A DNA stretch of 64,000 nt from Cycas panzhihuaensis (Eukaryota; Plantae; Cycadophyta): assembly GCA_023213395.1 (NCBI GenBank), contig CM041465.1, forward strand, positions 157,735,741 to 157,799,740, in the 5' to 3' direction. Both the position numbers and the translations under genes were made by a program. Below, piece by piece: positions 1 to 10,899 of the stretch; position 1 is the first letter of the stretch; each line of letters opens with the position of its first letter. The notes below the pieces were generated by a model. It saw nothing but the letters and a program-made list of their open reading frames with translations, was not told the DNA's origin and made no database searches.

Positions 1-2385
1 TTCCCAAGCTTCTTTTGTTGTCCTACTACCCTTCACATTCTCTATCATAGTTGCTCCTGTGGACAAATTGATTAAGACCCTAGTAAGTCTATCCTTCCTA
101 TCAAATGAAGTTGCTTGATTATGTTGTGGGCAAGTAGTAATAAGTGTTGATTTTTGGTTTTATCTCCCTATTGAGATAAGTACACTTGTTAAGGTATCAC
201 TAGTAGTCTAGTCTAGGATACGGTCAACATGCTACATACACTTTAATCATCACAGATTTATTCACAATTCCATATAACAATGTCATAGTTACACACAACA
301 ATACAATAAACAGTACATATTCATCATCCAATTCATAAAACACATAGAATCCACATTTTCATATAACTCTGCCTTTATTAAATAATAAGATTTTACACAA
401 CCAGTGCTGGAATGCATTCCTTGTGCATTCCAGCCATATACACTAATGTTGTCATATGCATTCCTTAAAAGTACACATCATTATACACTGCTTTGTGTTG
501 CTTGCATAGATACTGGCTACCGTACTATTGAGTGTCTGAATACTTGGCTCTCACTCTACCAGAATTGTCCTTGTGAAGTCCCTTAAATGCGCCTTCTTGG
601 TGTCCTTTGGCTGAAGGGTTATGACTCCCTGTCATAACCGTACCCTTTCAGCCGTAAGCGTACCTCTTTGTTAGCCTTTAGTTAATCTTCTTAACTGTTG
701 TCTTAATCATCCGTACGTACCTCTGACGTCACCCCATGTATCCATCTGTCAGGTTTTGCCGTGTGTACCTTTTATGTCTGCTTGCGTAAGGTTTTGCCGT
801 GTGTACCTTTTATGTCTGCTTGCATAAGGTTTTGCTGTGTGTACCTTTTATGTCTGCTTGCGTATTGTCGAAGGTACATATACTGTGTTGCGTACCTTTT
901 CAGGTACACACCTATCATATGTACCCAGAATACTTATTTTCCTCTTCTTTTGCCTCATGCATACCTCCGTATGATCCGTACTTGCACATCCAAGGTCATA
1001 CAGCCTATCTTTGGTATCCACATAGCCCAATGTGTCAAAATATGTCCCAACATCTATCCCGGGTCAACATGATAGGTTTGAGCATTCTTGCTCAACAAAA
1101 TTTTTAAAATTTTGGGGTATCCCTCCCCCTCTTTGTCTTAGGGCTGCTCTTCTTTGCCTCACCCTGCTAATGAGTTTGTAGCCAAAAGTTTTTCATTTAT
1201 TTGGGTAAGTGTTGCTATTATCGCGTCCTTTTCCTTCATTTTTTTCCTGAAGGGCAACTATCTCATTTTGTACCCTTCTTCCATTTCTTTAATTAATTGG
1301 ATAATGCGGCATGATTTATTATCTGACAGAGGAGGCACTGATGTTTCTCCTGTTTCCATTACAGGAGGGAATTCTACCCATTCTTCCAATGAGGGCTCCA
1401 CTTCTTCCTCCCTTCAGGTTCTTCTTCATCTTTATTCCTTTTACTGCTTTTCTGGATTGTTTGTTTGTACGATGAGGAATGGGTGTCCAGGGTTTGTTGT
1501 AGCCATTTAAGAACTTTGGTCATTTCTTTTTGAATCCTTTTCCTCAATTCACGGTCTGAGTGGTGTTTGGAAACTCAGTCACCCACTGCTTTATAAGTGG
1601 TTTATTTGGAGAGATTGTTGTTTTTGTTAGTTGTACACCTGGACATTGATAAAATAGGACAGCTAACAACAAGGAAGGGTGACAGAAAGGGTGTGTCATT
1701 ACTTCCTGAATTTGTTGTCGCATGTTTACCGCTAAGAATTCTGACCAATCCAACTTCTATCCATCCCAGATCTTTGGTAATACCGGCATCATTCCTCCTG
1801 GAATGTATGTGTACTTTCTTTTTGATAAAAATCTAGAATTGGTAACTTTGGCTACCCATTGTAACCTGGCATCCTTTATATCAACCACCCAAATTCCTTC
1901 TGCAGTCAGCTGAGTGTTTTCTTGGCAAAACCCTTTCAATTAAGTCTCACAGTCCACTTCTGTCCTTTTTGTGGCCATAGGAACCTCTCCTTCGTTTGGA
2001 AGTCCTGTAATAAGGTGAATTATTTCTGCGTCTAATTTGATCTTTTTCACATCTTTTTTAAGCTCTAATAAGATGCTCTCCATAAGCTCTTGGTCACAAT
2101 AGAGAGGGTTGCGTATATATATTCTCCCCAACCTACCACCTTAACTTTCATTTGAAATTGGGAAGGCAATGTCTCCAGCTCTTTCCGTAACTTGGGCAGG
2201 GAGGTCTCTTGGCAACCTGCTGTTCTCATGATGACTACTGGCTATGGGATTCCAGAAATAGGGTTGTAAAAATCGAAAAGTACAAGTATGAACCCTACGT
2301 ACGTACCTTTTTCGAAATGGTCACTGCTTTCTTGAAGCATTAATTAAAACTTGTGCTAAATTTTGTCCTTCTGCTTCCCTGATCA
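1..2385. repeat. Near-identical tandem copy of 2941-5325 (period ~2940 bp; window starts inside the first copy)
   Basis: Position 1 ttcccaagcttctt matches 2941, and identity runs to ...ccctgatca (2385) / ...ccctggatca (5325). The differences are about ten small clustered indels or substitutions. Confidence 0.95.
145..1052 (-). repeat. Duplicate copy of the G1 3' LTR
   Basis: TGTTGA...CCCAACA; essentially identical to 3085-3987. Confidence 0.9.
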
Positions 2386-2706
2386 TGACACGTGTTAGAC
2401 AAAAAGAGGGCGTTACAAAGAGGGTTTTGTAACATTACCTTTTTTACAATTAAGATATAACATTATACTCTAACACATATGTACTAAACATGGGAGTTAG
2501 TTCTCACCAAATCATAACTACCATATTTAGCTATCAACTACCATATTTAATATTTCAACCATCTTTGACTTCTACTAATCACCATATTAAATGACTTGAC
2601 CAAGTATATTCTAAGAATGTTCTCTCACTAAGATTATTTTATATGAGGAAATATTGTAATTACATGAGAAATGAACATGAAATGGGAATGTAGATTATTT
2701 CCAACA
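2386..2706 (-). mobile_element. Truncated LTR-like segment of another element inserted into Copia A gag
   Basis: The Copia A gag reading (PKSFDNFITSLAMSYDIK) stops abruptly at ...TCCAACA (minus strand starts TGTTGG). AT-rich non-coding sequence follows and is cut at the duplication junction. Confidence 0.5.
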
Positions 2707-3084
2707 GTCTTAATATCATAAGACATTGCCAAACTTGTGATGAAGTTGTCAAATGACTTGGGTTGTCGTAATTAATACCTTATCAACAATAGTTTCTCCT
2801 ATAGTACTCAATTGGTTCTTCAACTTCTTCACTTGTTGTAGAAATTCTACAATGTAGCCTTTCAACCTAAGACTATATAGTTGATTCTTTGGCATGATAG
2901 CCCTAACATTATTTATATTTTCAAACAATGTTATTAGTCTTTCCCAAGCTTCTTTTGTTGTCCTACTACCCTTCACATTCTCTATCATAGTTGCTCCTGT
3001 GGACAAATTGATTAAGACCCTAGTAAGTCTATCCTTCCTATCAAATGAAGTTGCTTGATTATGTTGTGGGCAAGTAGTAATAAG
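2707..3084 (-). pseudogene. gag: Copia A gag (Retrotran_gag_2/UBN2-like), distal part
   Basis: TTKEAWERLITLFE...LYSLRL...VKKLKNQLSTIGETI...PKSFDNFITSL; joins in frame to 13662-13780 once G1 is removed. Confidence 0.85.
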
Positions 3085-3987
3085 TGTTGATTTTTGGTTT
3101 TATCTCCCTATTGAGATAAGTACACTTGTTAAGGTATCACTAGTAGTCTAGTCTAGGATACGGTCAACATGCTACATACACTTTAATCATCACAGATTTA
3201 TTCACAATTCCATATAACAATGTCATAGTTACACACAACAATACAATAAACAGTACATATTCATCATCCAATTCATAAAACACATAGAATCCACATTTTC
3301 ATATAACTCTGCCTTTATTAAATAATAAGATTTTACACAACCAGTGCTGGAATGCATTCCTTGTGCATTCCAGCCATATACTAATGTTGTCATATGCATT
3401 CCTTAAAAGTACACATCATTATACACTGCTTTGTGTTGCTTGCATAGATACTGGCTACCGTACTATTGAGTGTCTGAATACTTGGCTCTCACTCTACCAG
3501 AATTGTCCTTGTGAAGTCCCTTAAATGCGCCTTCTTGGTGTCCTTTGGCTGAAGGGTTATGACTCCCTGTCATAACCGTACCCTTTCAGCCGTAAGCGTA
3601 CCTCTTTGTTAGCCTTTAGTTAATCTTCTTAACTGTTGTCTTAATCATCCGTACGTACCTCTGACGTCACCCCATGTATCCATCTGTCAGGTTTTGCCGT
3701 GTGTACCTTTTATGTCTGCTTGCGTAAGGTTTTGCCGTGTGTACCTTTTATGTCTGCTTGCATAAGGTTTTGCTGTGTGTACCTTTTATGTCTGCTTGCG
3801 TATTGTCGAAGGTACATATCTTTGTTATGCCTTTTCAGGTACACACCTATCATATGTACCCAGAATACTTATTTTCCTCTTCTTTTGCCTCATGCATACC
3901 TCCGTATGATCCGTACTTGCACATCCAAGGTCATACAGCCTATCTTTGGTATCCACATAGCCCAATGTGTCAAAATATGTCCCAACA
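3085..3987 (-). repeat. G1 3' LTR (903 bp) with 3 copies of a 38-bp unit (about 3688-3801)
   Basis: Aligns with 12825-13661, where the unit aggttttgccgtgtgtaccttttatgtctgcttgcgta is single. Confidence 0.92.
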
Positions 3988-4127
3988 TCTATCCCGGGTC
4001 AACATGATAGGTTTGAGCATTCTTGCTCAACAAAATTTTTAAAATTTTGGGGTATCCCTCCCCCTCTTTGTCTTAGGGCTGCTCTTGCTGCCTCTGCCCT
4101 GCTAATGAGTTTGTAGCCAAAAGTTTT

Positions 4128-5168
4128 TCATTTATTTGGGTAAGTGTTGCTATTATCGCGTCCTTTTCCTTCATTTTTTTCCTGAAGGGCAACTATCTCT
4201 GTTTTGTACCCTTCTTCCATTTCTTTAATTAATTGGATAATGCGGCATGATTTATTATCTGACAGAGGAGGCACTGATGTTTCTCCTGTTTCCATTACAG
4301 GAGGGAATTCTACCCATTCTTCCAATGAGGGCTCCACTTCTTCCTCCCTTCAGGTTCTTCTTCATCTTTATTCCTTTTACTGCTTTTCTGGATTGTTTGT
4401 TTGGCACGATGAGGAATGGGTGTCCCGAGGGTTTGTTGTAGCCATTTAAGAACTTTGGTCATTTGCTTTTGAATCCTTTTCTTCAATTCCTGGTCCTGAG
4501 TGGTGTTTGGAAACTCAGTCACCCACTGCTTTATAAGTGGTTTATTTGGAGAGATTGTTGTTTTTGTTAGTTGTACACCTGGACATTGATAAAATAGGAC
4601 AGCTAACAACAAGGAAGGGTGACAGAAAGGGTGTGTCATTACTTCCTGAATTTGTTGTCGCATGTTTACCGCTAAGAATTCTGACCAATCCAACTTCTAT
4701 CCATCCCAGATCTTTGGTATCTGGCATCATTCCTCCTGGAATGTATGTGTACTTTCTTTTTGATAAAAATCTAGAATTGGTAACTTTGGCTACCCATTGT
4801 AACCTGGCATCCTTTATATCAACCACCCAAATTCCTTCTGCAGTCAGCTGAGTGTTTTCTTGGCAAAACCCTTTCAATTAAGTCTCACAGTCCACTTCTG
4901 TCCTTTTTGTGGCCATAGGAACCTCTCCTTCGTTTGGAAGTCCTGTAATAAGGTGAATTATTTCTGCGTCTAATTTGATCTTTTTCACATCTTTTTTAAG
5001 CTCTAATAAGATGCTCTCCATAAGCTCTTGGTCACAATAGAGAGGGTTGCAGTATATATATTCTCCCCAACCTACCTGCTTAACTTTCATTTGAAATTGG
5101 GAAGGCAATGTCTCCAGCTCTTTCCGTAACTTGGGCAGGGAGGTCTCTTGGCAACCTGCTGTTCTCAT
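4128..5168 (-). pseudogene. G1 extra 3' ORF (sense to pol), weakly PMD-like
   Basis: Consecutive ORF pieces (KIKLDAEIIHLITGLPNEGE; DWSEFLAVNM; coiled-coil-like tail) lie between INT and the 3' LTR. Confidence 0.7.
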
Positions 5169-5879
5169 GATGACTACTGGCTATGGGATTCCAGAAATAG
5201 GGTTGTAAAAATCGAAAAGTACAAGTATGAACCCTACGTACGTACCTTTTTCGAAATGGTCACTGCTTTCTTGAAGCATTAATTAAAACTTGTGCTAAAT
5301 TTTGTCCTTCTGCTTCCCTGGATCACAAGGGCTTCGGTTAGTCGTTTGTTGCTGAGAATTCGAGTTGAATGGTCCTCATTTCTCTGTTGCGTACCGTGCA
5401 GGAATGCTTGCAGGTACATATTATATATCCTTGTCATATTCGGCCTTTTGTCTTATGCGTACCCGACAACATAGTTTTTAGGTACGTAGTGTAATTTGAT
5501 TAACTTATTCACTTTTTAAACTGTGCGTACCTGGTAGCGTATGTTTTTGGTACGTATAATGTATTTTGGCTCATTTTACACAGTGCGTACCTGGTAACAT
5601 ACTTTCCTGGTACGTATAGCATATTTTGTTGGTACATGTGTAAAAAATCTGGCTTCTTTGACAGAATTCCATCTCACTCTTGATTCTTTTCATGACGATA
5701 TATTCTTCTTTTGATCATTTTTCCTATTGCTTATGTATATGATATAAGTTATGGTTCTTTTTCTTGTTTTTTGATTTTTTTGTAATTTTATACTTCCATA
5801 CTGAATTGGATCATATTCCGGTATCAAGGCGATCTGATTCGGTTCAACGTCATGCAACACGTTATGATACAACCAGCTG

Positions 5880-7200
5880 ATCCGGTTGGTAATTCCTTCT
5901 AATCAACGTACGGTTTCAGTCAACTACCATTCACTCGGGTTGGTAGCGATGGTCCATCGATTTCCCGCAATTGTACGGATCCATTTTCAAAGATTTGTTT
6001 CGCAACATAAGGTTCTAACTATCACATTTTGTGCTTGCCGGGGTGCATTCTGAACTTGCTGTCGTAGAGAAGGACTGGGTCACCTTCTTTAAACTGTGGC
6101 TTACGTAGGTGTCGATCGTGCCGCGCCTTCTGTCGTCGTTTCTCTATATTTTGTAACCATTTTGCCATATATCATTTTTCTTCTAGTCTCACCAATTCTT
6201 CCAATCTCTGTCGTAAGGAGTGGAAGTTGTCTAGTCGACATTGCATAGCGGTTCTCAGGCTTGGTATCTCAAATTCTGTAGGAAGGATGGCTTCTGTTCC
6301 CTATACTAGCTGAAATGGTGTCTGCCCGATTGATTTTTTGTACGTTGTTCTGAAAGCCCATAATATTGATGGAAGTTTCTTAGCCCAGTCGTATCTTCCC
6401 ACGTCGTAAATCTTCCTTAGACAATTTTCGATAATCTTGTTTGAGCTTTTTGCTTGCCCATTTGCCCTTGGGTAGTATGGCATGGACTTCCTATGGCTTA
6501 TCATGAAAGTTGATGTTAACACCTTTATAGTTTGGTTGAGAAAATGGGCCCTTTGATCACTTACAATTTCTAAAGGGCATCCAAATCTCGTAATAATCAC
6601 TTCATAAAGAAATCAGGCCGTACTTTCTGAGTCTGCTTTCCTTAACGCCCTCGCTTCCACCCATTTAGTCATGTAGTCAGTCGCCACTAGGATAAATCAG
6701 GCTTGGGATCGCCAGGCGGCCGGTTTGATTGGTTCGACGAAATCGAGCCCCCACTTTTTGAATGGTGCCAGAGGTAAGATTGGGTGTAGGGGTTGTAAAT
6801 CCTGCCGATTAGGCTTTCCAACTCTTTGACAATAGTCGTATGCTTGGATCCACCTTCTTACGTCCTCGAACATTGACGGCCACCAGAATCCTGACATCAA
6901 AATCTTCCTCCATGTCGCTAACTTCCCCATGTGTCCTCCTGCTACGCCTTCATGTGCTTGGGCCATAATTTGGTTGACCTCATGTGGCTTGATGCACCGC
7001 CATAACACCTCATCTGGTCCTAATTTGTATAACTCCCCTTTTAGCAATTGGTATGGCTTTGTTTTTCTCATGAAATTTTGTCGTTCTGTGCGGTCTAATT
7101 CTGGCGGTACTTCCCCAGTTGCCAAGTATTCTGGTATTCCCTCATACCCGTCTGTTGGTACTGCCGCTACATTGAAGAATGCAGCGTTGGGAAAATCATT
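5880..7200 (-). pseudogene. G1 integrase
   Basis: HEGVAGGH...CQR zinc finger; KWGLDFV; IVSDQRAHF; YYPRANGQAKSSNK; TPFQLV. Confidence 0.92.
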
Positions 7201-7229
7201 TGGCACCCCTGTAGCCTTTTCCCCATTTG

Positions 7230-7600
7230 GAATTCTTGATAATTGATTGGATATGATGTGAGCTTTCCTTGGTTCCATAATGATTTTAAAGCAGAATTCT
7301 TGAAATAGCATTAACCACCTCTACTAATTCATCCCCTCATAATTGGTTTATTCACTAGGTACATGAGTGCTTGATGGTCAACAAAGAACAGGAATCGATT
7401 CGATAACAAGTAATGTCGGAATTTTTGCAATGCATACACCATTCCGAGAGCTTCTCTTTCCATTGTGGTATAATTCTGCTCTGCTTTCGTGAGTTTCCGA
7501 CTTGCAAAGTATATCGAATAATCCACCTTTTCATCACTTGGTTGTGCCAAGACGCATCTAATAGCGTATTGCGAGACATCGACGTGTACATGGAAGATTT
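7230..7600 (-). pseudogene. G1 RNase H
   Basis: IYFASRKLTKAEQNYTTMEREALGMVYALQKFRHYL...VDHQAL; joins INT with no aRH domain. Confidence 0.9.
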
Positions 7601-7682
7601 TCTTCCAATCGGGAAACTATAGTATAGGTGTTGATATTATGACTTTCTTCAATGCTTCAAATGCTTGCTGCTGTTCTCCTGT

Positions 7683-8700
7683 CTAATCTCGTTCAACATT
7701 CTTCTTTAACAACTCCTCAAGGGGTCCTGATATGCATGCGTACCCCCTAATGAATTTTCTATGATATCCAGTTAGTCCCAAGAATCCCTTCAATTGCCTC
7801 TTCATGAGTGGTACCAGAAAATGTAGGATTGCAGATACTTTGGCTGGATCTGTTAACAATTCTTCTTTACTTACTATGTGTCCCAATAGATTCCCAAAAG
7901 GTACAAAAAAGGTACACTTTTCTGGATTCAAACATAACTTATTCTGCCAGCATGTTTGCAACATCTCCCTCAGGTTTTCCATATGGTTTTTCATAAACCC
8001 ATATAATGTCCAATCGTCCAGAAACATTGCCACTTTTTTCCTAATCATTCTATGAAATATATTGATTACTATTCTCTGAAATGTGGCTGGAGCATTCGTA
8101 AGACCGAATGGCATCACTCTATAGGTGTACGTTCCCTATTCTATAACAAACGTGGTCTTCGCTTGATCTTCCGAGGCGATTTGCACTTGGTTATATCCAC
8201 TAAATCCGTCGGTGAAGGAATATATCTCATTTCCTCCCACGGCTTCCAAAATATCTTCTATAAAGGGTAACCGAAAGGAATCCTTCTTCGTCACCTTATT
8301 TAGTTGTTTGTAGTCCACACAGACACGTATTTTCCCATTCTTCTTGGGAACCACCACTACAGGGCTCACCCAGTCGCTGTAGTCTATTTCATATATATAC
8401 CCTGCCTCCAACATTTTGTCCAACTCTACTTTTACTTTCTCTTTATACTTAGGATTTATGCGATATGGTCTTTGTTTCACCGGCCTTGCTCCTTCCATCA
8501 AGTCGATGTGATGCATTCCCACTTCTGGGGGAATACCCTTCAGGTCCTTATATGACCATGCGAATACGTTACAAAATTCTTCAAACAGTTGTTGGGCCTT
8601 AGCTATTGTTTGATCGTCCCAGTAATCTTCGATTTGTGTTGTTTTGGGTTCCTCCTTACTCCCCACATTAATTTCGATTGCTTTTAGTTTGGTTGTTTTG
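7683..8700 (-). pseudogene. G1 reverse transcriptase
   Basis: WVSPVVVVPKKNGKIRVCVDYKQLN; DGFSGYNQ; MPFGLTNAPATFQR; FLDD. Confidence 0.95.
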
Positions 8701-8929
8701 ATACCTTCTTTGTCTCCTATTTTATGAACAGGGGTATCTTCTATTTCCCTTTCTCCAACATTGATTTCAGTAAACTCCACAGGATAATTAGGGATCTCTT
8801 CTCCTTCTTCGTTTCTTGATTCTTCCTTCTCGTTATTCATTGGTGTTATGGCTCCTTCTTCTAGGTTTATACTCATCCTCCTAATACCCTTAAGTACTTG
8901 ATTGATATCCCTATCTTCTGACAAATGTG

Positions 8930-9469
8930 TAGAAGTTTTTATAAAAGATTTTTTAAGGTTTCTACAAGTTACATCTAGGTTTTGTTCTTTTCCTAGGAAC
9001 TAATCCCTTGCTACCTGTCCTAGGGTGTGATAAAAGAGGTTAGACCATGTTTTCTTTGGTATACTTAGGGATGTCCATTCTTGTTTACATTTCTGAATAT
9101 GTTTGCTAGGGCATTCCCTACATGGAATAATGGAATGTTTAGTTGTTTGGGGTGGTCGAATCGTACTCTAAATGCAGCTTGTAATTCTTTCCATCCTTGG
9201 AGAGTAGCTTGGTGGGCTAAGTACCAACACCAGGCCGTTCCCCGGAAGGTGAGTACTAGATCCCTCTGCCACTGATTCTTGTCCCAGTTTTCTTCCTCCA
9301 TCCAGTATTCTATGCAATGGATTAGATGGGTGGTTCCATATAATTGCTTTCCATAAAAGGGTTTAACATAATCTCCAATGTAAGTTTCAAAGTGTCTCTC
9401 CTCGGGGATGGTTATCCTACTACCTAGACCTGAGTCTCTAGAAGTATTTTCTGTCGATTCCTCTTCCAT
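8930..9469 (-). pseudogene. Two extra tandem Gag capsid-like (Retrotrans_gag) domains between PR and RT
   Basis: First: VKPFYG..THL..C..W..LTFRGTAWCWY..GWKELQAAFRVRF. Second, after a 1-bp frameshift: IPLFH-RECPSKHIQKCKQEW..WSNLFYHTLGQVARD*F..NLKKSFIKT. Confidence 0.75.
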
Positions 9470-9854
9470 TTCCTCGGGTTTGGCGCCAATTGTTGGAAGG
9501 GACCGATTGCTGGGTGGGTATACTTCTAAAGAGGATGAGGAAGGATTACTGCTTCCTTCCCCATGTTGTAATTAGGGGGGGGGGGGGTAGGTAATCTACC
9601 TTAGGACCCACGCTTAGGGTAGAGGAGGGGTTAGGATTAGTACTAGATATTATAGAGTTATGGAATAAACTAGGTATACTAGGGGGATTTTGGTCTAGGG
9701 TTAGGTTATCATTAGTTCCTGTATTATCTGCTATGCTACTGCTAGTTGCCATATACTCAAAAGAATTTGAATTATCATTAATGTTTTCAGTTACATATTT
9801 AGATAGTAAATTACATCTATGAGAAGGAGAATTAACTTCATAAGCATCTTGCAA

Positions 9855-10450
9855 CTAATAGTCCACAAATTTCATCCCGTTTTCATCATCTGAAGAATTG
9901 CAGATTTCCCCAAAGTAAGTCGGCTCTGTTTCTTGGAGGTTGATCGTTTTGGTTGGTTCTTCGATTGTGTGGTAGAGATTTCTTTCGTCAAATGAAGATG
10001 TTGTTGCTTCACTCACAATAATCGTGCTTGAACCGTCGTCGGGTATTATTTCGATCAATTTTTTTCCCAACATTGGTAATACTACTTCATTTCCTCCATC
10101 TGACAATGTGAAGGTTACATCTTTCCAACTCTGGAGACATTGTGTTTTGTATAACCAAGTTCTCCCCAATAAGGTTGGATAGGGTGTTGCACCCTTCTCT
10201 GTCTCCACAATGGTGAAATCGATTTTAACGACAATTCCTGCTACATCCACCTTGATGTTGGCCAGTTTCCCCACGGGTTGTACCAACAATTCATTGGCTA
10301 GCTTCAACAAATAAGTTGCCGCCTGCAACTTTGGGATTCCCAACTTTCACCATATCGAGGTTGGCAGTACATTCACAGCAGCTTCTTCGTCCACGATTAC
10401 CCTTGGAATCTTTCTCCCAACACAATGATTGTTACCATGGGATCCATGTC
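9855..10450 (-). pseudogene. G1 aspartic protease
   Basis: VIVDEEAAVNVLP (degenerate DGG), LKLANELLVQPVG, PTLLGRTWL. Confidence 0.88.
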
Positions 10451-10899
10451 GAAAGATGTCATCACTTTCTTGAAACTCTTGGTGATTCCTTCTTGTAATA
10501 TTCCTCCTTTGATCCAATCTATCAATTGGCATATGGGGATTGTTAATTGCAATTGTTTCACCAAGTTTTCCATCAACAACAACATTCGTGGAATATCCTC
10601 CGCTGGTAATCCCTTAAACAATTCCTCCATTTGTACCATTTGGGGTTGTGTTTTTTGCTCCTCCGATATTTTTTCTTTCTCCTTTTGTCTATTTTTTCTT
10701 ATATACACATGCTTAGTTTCTGGTTTCCCCATTGGCAACATGGTATTTGTTTGGGTTAACTCTCCCAATATCTGTTTCGCTTGTCTGAATCGGTTTATCT
10801 CACCTTCATCCATGTTCTCTTTTTGCTTCTTTTGGAGTTTTACATTTTTACTACTCTCTAGTATAATCATCATTAAATTGGTGGCCTTGGCTTTCCCTT

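Noticed and set aside
404-1107. Cys-rich ORFs in the G1 LTR (also 3699-4042)
   Set aside because: By-products of the 38-bp TG-rich LTR repeat.
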